NCBI GenBank assembly: GCA_010093605.1
Contig: MU004187.1
Coordinates: 62,001 to 126,000, forward strand
Source: Lophium mytilinum
Taxonomy: Eukaryota
DNA length: 64,000 nucleotides
Direction: 5' to 3'
A program made the position numbers and the translations under genes. The notes beneath the pieces are model-generated. The model saw only the letters and a program-made list of their open reading frames with translations, made no database searches and was not told the DNA's origin. Positions within the stretch are counted from its first letter, which is position 1, and each line of letters opens with the position of its first letter. Shown here in pieces: positions 10,418-22,870 of this stretch.

Positions 10418-12472
10418 ATGCGTCTGCTACTTCATTTGCTGGTTTTCTTCTCTCATGCGAACGCTCTTCCTTTGCTCGGATCTTCATTCGGTATCCCAGC
10501 TAGCGCTACGTATGACTACGTTGTCGTTGGTGGAGGAACAGCGGGTCTCACAATTGCAGCTCGCCTTGCAGAGAACCCCAGATTTTCGGTGGCAGTCATC
10601 GAAGCAGGGAGTTTCTATGAGATCTCCAATGGCAATTTGAGTCAGGTCCCGGCCTTTGATTACTATTGGACGGGGAAAGACTATAATCCATTAGTTGATT
10701 GGGGTTACCAAACCGTACCTCAGAAGGTTCGTCATGCAATTCAACTCAGATCACGTTAAGACATGTTATTACCTAAACCATGTTCCTTCTACGGGACTTG
10801 CAAGTGACCCTAATCTAGGGCATCTCAGACGCCATCGTCCACTATCCTCGTGGAAAATGCCTCGGTGGAAGCTCCGCCCGCAACTACATGGCCTACACAC
10901 GTGGCAGCGCAAGGTCTTACGACCTGTGGGCTGACTCCGTCGGTGACCCAAACTACAAGTGGCTCAGTTTCCTCCCGTTCTTTCAGAAATCGATCACTTT
11001 CACACCTCCGGATGCCAGCAAACGAGCCTCGAATGCCACACCTGGAGACGTGAAAGATCTTGGCAATACCGGCGGTCCCCTCGACATTACATTCCCCAAC
11101 TACGCCCAGCCGTGGTCTTCTTGGGTACAGCTCGCTTTGAAGGGAATCGGGATCGATCCGATCGCTGGTCTCGTTAGCGGAAAGCTTTTTGGTTCATCGT
11201 ATACCACTAATACTATTCAAGCATCGACGCAAACAAGAGAGTCATCTGAGACTGCTTTCTTGCAACCGGCACTGTCTAAGAGCAATTTGATTGTCTATCA
11301 GTCTACATTGGCTCGGAAGATCATCTTCAATGGCAACAAGGCTGCGACGGGTGTTCTCGCTGACACCTCGGGGGTGGAATACACCCTCTCTGCTAAACGC
11401 GAAGTCATCGTTTCCTCTGGCGTCTTTGGTTCTCCCCAGCTCCTGATGGTTTCGGGTGTAGGTCCGGCAGCAAACTTGCAGGAACTTGGTATTCCAGTTA
11501 TCTCAGATCTCCCGGGGGTCGGGCAGAACATGTGGGTAAGTTATAGTTCTAAGTCTAGTGTTGATATCCGCCCCAAGTTATTGACATGTTCCAGGACCAC
11601 GTCTTTATGGGGCCAAGCCACCGTGTCCACGTTCATACGTCTTCATCATTCGCTAGCCCCCTTTTCGCAGCCCAAGCAACTTTAGATTACCAGTCCAAAC
11701 AGTCAGGCCCTTTGACCAGTACCGGCGGAGACTTCTTCGGTACGCCGATTTCAGTTCAGACTTTCCTTGCGAAGCCACTCCTTAACGTAATGACACAGGC
11801 TGGGAAAAGCTCAGCTCCACTCACCTCTCCGAGGCAGCCCTCTCAAATCTCAGCTACTTCACTCTTGACTGGCCACATCTTGAATACCTCAGCATTCCCA
11901 CCTATCTCGGGCCCGGATTTCCAAGCGACACTGCGCAATATGCTTCTCTTGCTGCAGCTATTGTAGCACCCCTTTCTCGTGGCACCGTCTCTATTACTTC
12001 CCCCAACACCACCGACGCACCCCTTATCGACCCGCGCTGGCTAACCCACCCAACTGATATCGCGCTCGCTATCGCTGGCTTTAGGCGCGCTCGGGAGGCA
12101 TTAAAAACGCCGGCGCTTGGCCCTGTTTTGATAGGCCAGGAAGCATGGCCCGGAGCGAGTGTGCAGAGCGATGCGGCTATTTTGGCGTCGATCAAGTTGG
12201 GGATGCAGAGTTTAAGCCATGGGTGTTGTACGTGTAAGATGGGGAAAACCGAGGATAGTATGGCGGTGGTGGACTCCAAGGGGAGGGTAAAGGGGGTGAG
12301 TGGGTTGCGAGTGGTCGATGTTAGTGCGTTTGCGTTATTGCCGCCCGGGAATCCGCAGAGTACGGTTTGTAAGTGTCCCTCTTACCTCGAATTGCGAAGA
12401 GACGAGGCGATGGACTGATCATTAATAGACGCATTGGCTGAGAAGATTGCGGATGACATCAAGAGAGGGTAG
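10418..12472 (+). CDS. Secreted GMC oxidoreductase (AA3-like), multi-exon
   Basis: Signal peptide MRLLLHLLVFFSHANA; YDYVVVGGGTAG FAD motif; GKCLGGSSARNYMAYTRG; SPQLLMVSGVG; HGCCTCKMG; LRVVDVSAF; final exon ALAEKIADDIKRG*. Confidence 0.93.
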
Positions 12473-12820
12473 GTTCATGTAACCACTACGTACTATTTTA
12501 CGTTGGAGACGACGAAGTACAGTTGCAGCTGAGTTTTTGCTCATGGAACGAGATAAATATATGCTACGATCAACGATCTGCTTAAGGCGCGCTGTCCAGT
12601 CCTCTGGCTCAAATCGGATTTTACACTGAACCATTTGCTATCTTAGTCCCTCCTCTCCATTCTCCCACGAGGTAGGAGCGGTGTAGACAAGGCAGGCGTA
12701 CACCTCTGTCTTCTTACCTTTGACCTCACGCCTTCTGACTCATACACTTTCCCTATATACATCTTCATCATCCGCTGATTTCCTCCCCCTAAAAGACTCC
12801 TTCCAAGCTCGCGACCGACG

Positions 12821-13744
12821 ATGCCGTCACACTTATTCCATGGGCCTCACTCATCGTCTTCCGAGGACGAATGGGAGCGCCGATCCACAACCACCATCCA
12901 GAGACTTCGCACGTCTTCAGAAGACGAGTCTGGAGGCCGAAGATTGAGCCGCTCATCCACCTCCTCTTATCGACGTTATTTCTACCGCATGGCCCGCCCC
13001 AGCTACTCCTCAACCCCTTCGATCAACCGACTCCCACCACCCCATCATCGAACAACCGTCCATCGACCCCCGCTCACACTTTTCGGTTCTGGCGAGCCCC
13101 TCTGCGAGCACTGTCTCCATGACGTCCATATCTCCCCTCGTTGCCTCGCCTCTCACCCGCCCCGTCAACAACGCCTGTATCTCCAAGCGCGCTCACGGCG
13201 CAATGATAAACGGCGCTGGCGGAATTGGTTTAGGAAGCATATGCTGCCATGGCCGCACTCACAGCCTCGACAGCAGGGATCTCGGGAGCCGAAACATCAC
13301 AGCACGTGGCCGTTCCATCGCCCAGAAGGATACGTGACAGAGTGGGAGTTTGCCAGGTTGAAACGGGCAGAGCGGAAGCGACAGGAGAAATTAGAGGCAA
13401 TGCAGAGGACCACGAGGACTGAAGAAGCGGAGCGGAAGAGCTTACATGTGGAAGAAAGGACACAGGCGTTGAGGCACCAACGGGAAAGACACACGCCGCA
13501 TGAGAGTCCGGATCGGCGGCCGGTGAGGCGGGGGAGGGATAGGCAGAGGGCGAGTAGGGGGAGTGCTGGGAGTGGTAGAAATTTCAGGGACGGTAGGATG
13601 CCGGTGTCTCCCCAACCTGTCCCGAGTCTTTCGCCGCCGACAACTGAGAGTCAACCTTCGACGGCTGATCTGCCGCCTTATAGCCCCAGTCCGCCGTCGT
13701 ACAGGTCTCCACCGTTATCGTACCGGACGGCGTCGCCACGGTGA
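12821..13744 (+). CDS. Hypothetical Arg/Pro/Ser-rich protein
   Basis: 307-codon ATG ORF with a short coiled-coil-like segment and PPY/PPSY motifs; no recognised domain. Confidence 0.45.
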   Translation: MPSHLFHGPHSSSSEDEWERRSTTTIQRLRTSSEDESGGRRLSRSSTSSYRRYFYRMARPSYSSTPSINRLPPPHHRTTVHRPPLTLFGSGEPLCEHCLHDVHISPRCLASHPPRQQRLYLQARSRRNDKRRWRNWFRKHMLPWPHSQPRQQGSREPKHHSTWPFHRPEGYVTEWEFARLKRAERKRQEKLEAMQRTTRTEEAERKSLHVEERTQALRHQRERHTPHESPDRRPVRRGRDRQRASRGSAGSGRNFRDGRMPVSPQPVPSLSPPTTESQPSTADLPPYSPSPPSYRSPPLSYRTASPR

Positions 13745-16700
13745 TGCGGCGGCTTGGAGGATGGTAGACACGAAGACGGCGTAAAGTTCGGAGCCAACCA
13801 GTAGGACACGGTGGCTGAGTTCTGATGGTACACAATCGAAGAATGCTTGAAAAAGCTTCCCAGTTGGAAGGAGGTCTCGCACTCGCCATCCTTGTCTGCT
13901 CATTCTAGTCCTAGCGGATGAGATGCCAGCCGTCAGCATTAGCACGCTTCTCTCAGGGTGGCAAATCGGCATTGCCTCGTCCCACGTTCTAAGAGGGGAG
14001 GTCTGCATTGTGCTTGAGGGTTTGAACCGCCTCTGGTTGAAGAATGTGGGATAGATCGTGCCCTTGGATACCAATGCGAAAGGTCGGCGAGTCACTTTCT
14101 AAACTTTGGCTTAGTGACCCAAATCACTATGTGAAAGCTGCGAAACGCGATTTGATTCACATAACACATTCCTATCAATGCGATAAGTTCAAGTGGTCCT
14201 CCAGTCAGCCTCGCTCTCAAATACGAAAGTCGCTAGGGAACGAGAGGACACATCGCACACTCTTACGCATCACATCACTCATGTCAGAATCCTAACAGGG
14301 GTAAAGAGCTCATTACATTCGTACGAGGAAAACCCTTCTCGGGTCAAAAACCTCTAAATATCCAAACTAAATCCACAAGAATTCTCATCCATCTGCGCAT
14401 CGACTCCTACTAAGTATCTGTCGGGTTGAACCGCTGCCCCCAAGGAGTGACAAAAGGTGGGAATACATGGCGGGGGAAGGGTCTAGATAGCATAGTCTAC
14501 AGAGGCCGGGTTTGTGCCTCGCATATACAAAGTATATGGCGATACATGCAATGAGACCTTGATTTTAGGAAGTGAAGGAGAGCGTGCCCGAAGGCGAAGA
14601 AGAGAAGAGGGACGCGGGGAGGACGAGCTTAAGAAGATTTTCGTGGCAGTTGCTGAGTCAGAGGTGAGGGTGGTTCCGTGGCTGATTGAGGCTGGATGAC
14701 GAGGCCATGTGGGATGAGTTTGTGGTAGAGAGGAAAACCCGTGGAACTGTGCCCCCGAAGTGCCACTTTTGGCCACTCCTAGCCTTGGGTTCAAAAGGTG
14801 TTGAGTACAGAATCTACGAGGACACCTATACCTTACCGCATACTTGTGGTTCGATTCCCGACTACTTTTGTAGTACTGGTTCGAATGAGCCCCGCATTCC
14901 TTATAAGCAGAAAGTGTTGAGCAAAGAGTATATAAGGACACGTATAACACAACGTCCAACCTGTTGGAGTATATAATATCGCTTATTTTCCGGTCCCCCT
15001 AATCTTAGGCGGGGCGTGCTTTTTTCATCCAACACAGCCTTAGTCTATGACACTCACGGCACGTGCTTCATACATTACTTTTTCAAGTGCCCTATCGATC
15101 CATGAGGGAGAAAATCGTCTGAGGGCCTCCTGACACCTGCAGCAAATGTCAAGAAAGAGCAGCTGTTTACTCTTTGACTCGCTATTATGTTTAGCTACTG
15201 GCAAGGTTAGTCTTAAATTTAGGCACATGGATATCACACTGCTCCGGCTCCGCTTTTGCTCACTCTACGCCACTGTAAGGCCTTCCCCAGGTAGCAGGTG
15301 AAAGCTTTGTCAAAAATTAGCCTGGCTTCTACTGGTGAACTAGAGGGACAGGACAGTGAATCTCTGAGCGAAATGCAGTCTTAAGAACCATCGTAGATGA
15401 GCCCGTAGAATACGCAAGGTTTACAACACCGCTTTCACGGAGGAAGAGAGAAACTTCCATTTACGAAGTTATTCAACTGGCAGCTCAGAGCCCCTCTGAA
15501 GTGTCTCAGTTGTGGACACCCGATACAACGCTAGGACAACGGTATTTACAATCCTGCTTACTACTGTCTATGCTCTCTTATTGAATTATCAAGAGTTAGA
15601 TAATTTGTAAGATTGAAAAAAGGGGATTGCGACGCATGAAGATACCCGTGAGCTCTTCGGCTTTGCTCTTGGACATATTAGTAATAAAGAACGTCTTCTC
15701 GATTCTTAGCATCTCGATTCGCTCTGACAGAATGCCCAAGGCTTTATGAACCTTGATGAGGAAACGTTCTGTCGCGTCGGGAAGCACTTTGACGGACAAG
15801 AAAATCGAGACTAGGCGTTCGGTGGCTATAAAAATCATGATTGACTAGTCATATCCCGAAAACGATATGTTGGATGGTTGCTCCATTTAGGAAGCATGTA
15901 GAACTGTCTTCTTCGCGCTTCCAATGGGCGCAGCTGTCACCTCTGTTACAACTTTCGACGGTGTATAAAGATACTAATGACATAGCTAGCTTGGCGAGGC
16001 TTGGGGACAAATTTTTGTTTCGTAAGGGATCAGCTGCTATGATTCGGCGATGGGTGAACGGTTTCAAGAAAGAGTCTAGCCTCGGGGAATGTCATGGGCA
16101 TCGGGTACGGAGTATTGAAACCCCACAAAGCGTGATGTTGAAAGGAGTGGGAGCTTTGATGGGGAGGTCGAGGTAATGGCGTGCGGCTAGTCCCGATACC
16201 CAACCTAGTAGCGATCCGGTGAAGAGACGGGCCTTCTTCAACCTCAACACCTCAGGCTATCAGGTCGACTCCCTTCAACCACATCGAGAAGTATGATTCC
16301 ATCATCAACACCATAACCGTGGTAGCGAGCAGATGGGCCAGAAACGACTTTGTTCATGTAGGAGCATCGCAAGTGAGGATGAGCATGGCGCGTGCTCAGC
16401 TAACTCTAAACACCCAACCGAGCCCCATATCATGATTTGGAATTATGCGGGCGGTCAGTGGTGCGGCGCCTCTCTCCTCTGTTCTATCCCGGTCAGCTTC
16501 CTCTGGTTCAGGCTCCTTGGCGCCACTCCTTCGCAGTCATGTCGAGTATTTGTCATTTCATGCCTTTTCAATCTCGTGGCTTCCTGTAAGCGTTGACATT
16601 TTCGTTGACTCTGTCATCTTGGCTCTGAAACATCATGTCCATTGGCTGGCGCGCATACTCGGTGTTGGCCTTCTCAGTCTTTTGTCGTGATTCATCAACA

Positions 16701-17009
16701 TTTCTCTTCTCCAAGCTAAGCAGAGACCTGGCGGTTTGGTACAATCTTTTCGCCCCACTGTCCGACGGCTTTGGAATCCATGTGGCTATCTGCTGCCGCC
16801 TCCCGTAGGACCGTAGGGTCGGGTGAGCCAGGATAGGTATATCTCATGGGCCCTACACATCGTCGTATCTGAGAAGCCTCTCCTAGCGGGCGCGATATCT
16901 CTTATCCAGTCCAGTTCTGCGGACGACTCCTACCAAAGTCAAACGGGTGCTGTTCCCAATTTTTACAGTCTCCTCTCTTACCTCCGAGATCGCCGCTTAC
17001 ACCTTGCCT

Positions 17010-17345
17010 ATGCCAAATACTTCGCACATCATGAACTCTTCCACAGCCTCACAGCCACCCATGTCCAATCGTCAGCCGGAGCCATGTCGCCGAGATATCA
17101 AGCACAGCATCGCCTACATCACTTGTTCACAGTCGTCGAACGTCGACTCTAGAGCAGAGCCGCTACCAGAACGATCGCCATCCCTTTGCTCCCGATCCTC
17201 GACGGTCGAGTCCTGGGCAGAGTCACTACCGGAACGGTCAACGTCAACAGTGCCCTCGGATCAGAAGACCAGGTCCCAAGACCCAACCGTGGAAGCCTAC
17301 CGGCGGCTTAAGATGGCTCTGTTTTTCAAGAATCATGGCAACTAG
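17010..17345 (+). CDS. Small hypothetical Ser-rich protein
   Basis: ATG ORF ending YRRLKMALFFKNHGN; no recognised domain and start uncertain. Confidence 0.25.
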   Translation: MPNTSHIMNSSTASQPPMSNRQPEPCRRDIKHSIAYITCSQSSNVDSRAEPLPERSPSLCSRSSTVESWAESLPERSTSTVPSDQKTRSQDPTVEAYRRLKMALFFKNHGN

Positions 17346-18644
17346 TTGAGACACTGTCACAGCACGGCTTCTGGCTCAAGTATCCTGCAGCTGTCATGAC
17401 GACTTTGACAGTATATCATCTCAGGATAGTCTAATCCGCGAACCGCTCAACCCTCCGCGCTCACTCGTATCAACCTTCCGCTTGCGAAATCGCTCTGGGA
17501 AACGACGCACAAAGACTCTAAAGCCAACGTTGTCGCGATAACAATCGAAATCCCCGGTCATATCGACTGCCTTCTGGAGGCTCCCCGCATCACTCACAGC
17601 GTTCGCCCTCTATCCTTTAAACACTCACCAGACTCAGCTGTGTTATAATAACGGGACGATTCAAATACACGGGTGGGGAGTTTGGTTGGGGAACTGGAGT
17701 AAGACGTTTACGGGACACGGCATACCATTTGTTTGGTGTTATTAGGGCGTTTTGCTTTCCAGCATGAGCATCGGACACATTAATGCATGGTTCAATCTTA
17801 CCGACCAATTCTTCAAAAGGAAATTCCATCGCGTCTCTTGGAGTTTGTCGTGATACTCTCCTCGATGCTTTCAACTCCCTATGATTTTCTTTACCTGCTC
17901 CACGCCTTGCTGTTGCCAGAACGTGCCTAATTAGGGACTCTGGGCCTATCACTCTATCCTACTGCCAGGAATACAGAACTTCTATGTTCCAATCCTTACT
18001 GTCGTTCAGGGGTATTCCAAGCGCAAAGCGATAGGCTTAGACGCTTTGGATTCTCGCCTTCAATAGTCAAGAGCGTACTGTCTATTCTCTCATGACCGAC
18101 GCCTGCGCTGTGATGACGGGGAGGCACATGGGCTATGTTGGAGCTGGATCAAAAGTTTTTAGCCCTCTTCACGATGGCTGGGATGGAGAGACATTGGATG
18201 GCAAGGATGGTAGTGATCAAGTCCGGCGTGGTAGTGGAACGTTTCTAATTGGGAATGCTGATGATGTATATTACACAACGTATGAGGACGAGGGGGTGTT
18301 ATTTGGACGTCTAAGCAAGACTGATTGGTATACGTACATATTAGAGAGCGCTCCTTTGGAGAAAGAATGAACAGCGGCAGTTGAAGGGGTCGGTGAAACG
18401 CAGGCTTCACGGTATATATACTCGAGCAAGTTGCCACAGTTTTGTTTTCGAACAGCCTCTGCAAACGCTACATAGGATACGGCACTGTTCTAATCTCCGA
18501 AGATAACTATACACTCTCCTGACTGGTAGGGGCAGCTTTCAACACCCACAGAAAAGTGGTCGGCACGTGACGCCAAGCCAGCCTTCGATTTCAAGCCAGG
18601 GACCTCAGCAATTCTCTCCGACGGCACCACCGCTCCATCATTCC

Positions 18645-19585
18645 ATGCTGCTTCCACGATTACTTGCGCCCGCCCGGGTAGCAATTGCCTCCTCGCGATC
18701 ATCCTCAATTGCTCTAGCAGCATCGTCTGCTCACGCCTTCGAGGTTGTGCGCTGCGCTGCCGCGGCTCCCATCTCTCCCGCCCTCACATTCGTTCGACAC
18801 GCATCCCATCAGACCCAGGGACGCGCCAATGGAGCAAAGGATGGACCGGGAAAGCGGTTAGGAGCGAAGAAGAGCGGAGGTGTGTATTTGGAATTTGTTT
18901 GCCAGTGCTCCACCTGTAGTAGCTTCAATACCCTCCATGGCATTTATTTCCTTTACCAAAACGGCTACCCACATCTCAATACTTGGAAGAACAGCTCATG
19001 ACCTATTCTATAGAGGAATATGTCATCCCAGGCAACATCATCTTCCGCCAACGGGGCACCGGCTGGTTCGCAGGCGAAAACTGCGCCATGGGCCGCGACC
19101 ACACCATCTACGCCACGGAAGCCGGCTTCGTGAAATACTACCGCGATCCCCTCAAACACCCGAACCGCCAATACATCGGTGTGGCCTTCAAACGCACAGA
19201 GTCCCTCCCGTATCCACCGAACGCTGCCCGCCGGCGAAGGCTAAACATGCTCGCGGTACAAACCTCGCCAGACACATCTATCACAACCATTATTGGCGAG
19301 GGCAGGATTCTGGAGGGTGATATGACAGTCAAGGAAACAAAGGTTAATGCTATGCCCAGGCATAAGAGCGGGCAAGAGTTGGTAATGGGAAAAACGTATG
19401 CGTTCCGTGAAGCCAATTGGCAGATCGGACGGGCAGCGGAGAATGCGGGGATTAAAGTGCGGCCGTTTATTCCTGGTGATCGATTCAGAGCGTGGCAAAA
19501 GTCGGCGGCGAGGAAGGCGGCGAATGCGGAGAAGAGAGGGTTGCGAGGGAAGAGGGGTGGTGGTGGGAAGAGCAAGAGGAAGTAG
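18645..19585 (+). CDS. MRP7: Mitochondrial large ribosomal protein bL27m
   Basis: Presequence then [26 protein letters not shown]; intron 18880-19013; [15 protein letters not shown]...MGRDHTIYA. Confidence 0.93.
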
Positions 19586-20249
19586 GAGAAATCTCGTTTG
19601 TACGACTATGCATAGGGGGAGAAGGGTATACTTGCTACCCGTTGTGGACATACTGTACTATGACTATGAAAAGATTCGATATTGGCATGACCCAGTGTGG
19701 CAGATGGAAGGTCTTACTCGGCTCTAAATGGCATTGAAGTGTGAGAGCTTGAGATGCTAATCAGTCAGATACTCGTTTATAATTTGTAGGAAGCCCATTA
19801 CTACTGATATCTGGAATCCCTGTCGGGTATAATCGAAAGCGGTTTCTTTCTGAGTAGAACGCATTCAAGATTGCTTGAGAAATACTAGCCAGCAGATCTT
19901 CATACTTCAGCTTCAAAAATGGACATCGAGTCAAGATAGGTACGCCTATGAGGATAAATGACTCTACCATCATCCTAACCCAACACTCACAACTCGGCCA
20001 ACTCCTAGCAAGTCCCAAGTTTTCAAGACCATCAAAGGATGCACCAAGCGGAGACTCGACACACGTGATCAACAACATAGTCAAGCTTCCCGAGAAAGTC
20101 CACCTCGGCCCATCTCCACACTTGAGCCGGGGGTGAAGTTAACCGCGGGGAACGACGACTACCATGCCGCCCTACCATTATATACTAACCATGCAGCGTC
20201 GAGTATCTGCGTCCATTACCATCTTCCATATACCCAATAGCTAGACACT

Positions 20250-21574
20250 ATGACCCAACAGCCGCCATTGACCGGCATCCGCGTGCTGGAGTTTGCAGGG
20301 CTGGCCCCAGGTACCACAACCTCAACCTCAACCTCCAGAAGAGCTTCAATGATATCAAATGGAAGCTAATGCAATAACTCAGGCCCCTTTGCGGGCATGC
20401 TCCTCGCCGACTACGGCGCGACCGTCCTCCGCCTCGACCGCGCCCCCGTCATCCCCACCAACGACCAGCTCACCCGGCACAAAACCTCCATATGCGTCAA
20501 CCTGAAATCACCAGGCGGCATTGCCCTAATCAAGAAGCTCGTTGCCCACGTAGACGTTGTCATCGACCCCTTCCGGCCCGGCGTGCTCGAGAAACTAGGG
20601 CTAGGACCTGAGGAAGTCCTCCTGAAGCTCAACCCGCGCCTCGTCGTCGGGCGCATGACGGGGTTCCGCCGCGACGGGAAGTACAGCCAGATGGCCGGGC
20701 ACGACATAAACTACATTGCGGTATCTGGCGTGCTGTCCATGTTCGGACGGAAGGGCGAGAAGCCGTATCCGCCTGGAAACGTGGTCGGGGACTTTGCGGG
20801 AGGCGGGGCTATGTGCTTCCTGGGTATACTGCTAGCCCTGTTTGCGCGCGCACATAATGGAGGGATTGGACAGGTGGTGGAGGCGAACATGGTGGACGGG
20901 AGTGCGATTTTGGCGACCATGCCACGGCTGGGGCTGAAAACGGAGGTGTGGAGGGCGCCGAGGGGAGAGAATATGTTGGATGGGGGCGCGCCGTTTTATG
21001 ATACGTATGAGACGAAAGATGGACGGTTCATGGCTGTGTGAGTATACCCAGATCTCCTTCGATATTTCTGGCACCCTTTGGACGAGACTAACGGATGGAT
21101 AGGGGTGCTATCGAACCCCAATTCTTCGCCCAGCTCCTTAAAGGCCTCTCCCTCACCCCGTCCTCCCTGCCTGGCGCTCAACAGGACCGTAAACACTGGC
21201 CCGCCATGAAGACCCTTTTCACCTCCACTTTCAAATCCAAGAACCGTGCCGAGTGGGAGAAGATTTTCGACGGCACAGACGCGTGCTGCACTCCCGTAAT
21301 CACACAGGCTGAGCTCGAGGCGGACGGTTTCGATCAGCGGCCGGCTGTGACATTAAAAGCAAGCCCTGGCTACGCGATCGCAGAGGGCAGCGCAGATCGA
21401 CCGGCCGCAGTGGGTCAGGGGTCAGGTGTGAAGGGGGGTGGGTGGAATAATGATCTACTGAAGCCTGGGAAGGGCGGAGAGGAGACTCTGGATCAGTGGC
21501 TAGGGTGGAAGAGGGGGAAGCAGTTTGGGGTTGAAGGGGGCGGGTTCGTCATTAATGATACCTCGAAGTTGTAA
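20250..21574 (+). CDS. Alpha-methylacyl-CoA racemase (CaiB/BaiF CoA-transferase family III), peroxisomal
   Basis: [65 protein letters not shown]; two introns; C-terminal SKL (PTS1). Confidence 0.93.
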
Positions 21575-22870
21575 GGAATGATAGTAAGTCTTGTAGTATA
21601 TCAGAAGGTATTTGGAGTTCCAAGGTTGTCATTGGACCTACCCAGATCATTCCTGTTGGACGTGCTCTGCGATGTTGCTCCCCATTTCTCCTCATTCAGC
21701 CTCACGTCAGCACAGGAGACGGCAAGATTTGATGGAAGTGTGGGTTATGTTTAACACTGTCCTAAGGTGGTGCTGACGATTGCGATGTCCTACTTTCTCC
21801 TAATAGACTTGAGCGGTAAGCGATACCAACACCAACTAACGACTCTCAAAATCGAGGAAGAGGAGTAATATTATGTATCTATGAAACGCATCTCGATCAT
21901 AGGATCCCTACTACACGGAACCCATTGCAAGCAACCTTGACCTAGTTCGCACGTTTTCCCCAGTAATCGAACAGCACCGTCCAGGTGCATATTCAATTTT
22001 CAGGCACGATCGTGCCTACTCATCGGGCACTTCTCGGACTTGTTTGACACTCCACACCAACTCCATGGACTGTCGGGACCGGCGAAGTTGATCTCCCACG
22101 CCCTCTCCTCAAGCTTCTGTGCCATTAAGTTGGTACGACACTGCGCCTCCATTGCGCGAAACGATAGCAGCCTTTTCCTCTTTCTCACGCCCCAAACCAT
22201 CGCTCGGGTTACCGTAATGTTTGATGCCCACCAAAGGCCATGACGTATTCTGGTGGATGTGTTGATCCCCAAGCCTCAGCCCCATACCGCTAGCGCCGTC
22301 TTGTCCTTGAAAACCCTCTTGCTGTCCCTCACAGAGAAGAAATCAGTTCGCCTAGGTGGTGGGAAATGGTTTAAACGCCGTTGAGGGCTGTAGCACGTGG
22401 TCGTCAGATGCCCTCACTCAAACACGACCACGAAAAAGGATGCAAGGATAGCACCCTACAGTTGGTACGAGGACTCCACGAGTAGGAAAGAGGCTGGGTG
22501 ATTTCTGGTACGCTTTGCGCCGTTTTGGTGGAAGTTCTTATGAATCTACCCGTCTGGAATGAACTTTGATAGACGAGGCGTGCACGCAGCGTCATACACC
22601 TCGTAGCCCAGTTTTGTTGGAAAGAGTTACAGAATCAACCGCGCGAGTCGATTTCTCATAAATACGTCATGCAGGCGGAGGAGACGTATCGTGGTGGGGT
22701 TTAACGGCATAAAGTCAATCATACCTCATCGGTCGAGGACATCCACATGAGAGGAGAAATCAAGGTTCATGATCATCTAGCAATATTGAATCAAAGGAAA
22801 AGACAATTCAGAGATTTCAATACCTTCTCCCATTCCTACATCCTGCGCCCCATCCCATCCCTAAGAGCCT

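Noticed and set aside
15596..16067. STCFLNG resembling a USP Cys box in short minus-strand ORFs
   Set aside because: No GLxNxGN lead-in, no His box, and the frames are fragmented; probably chance.
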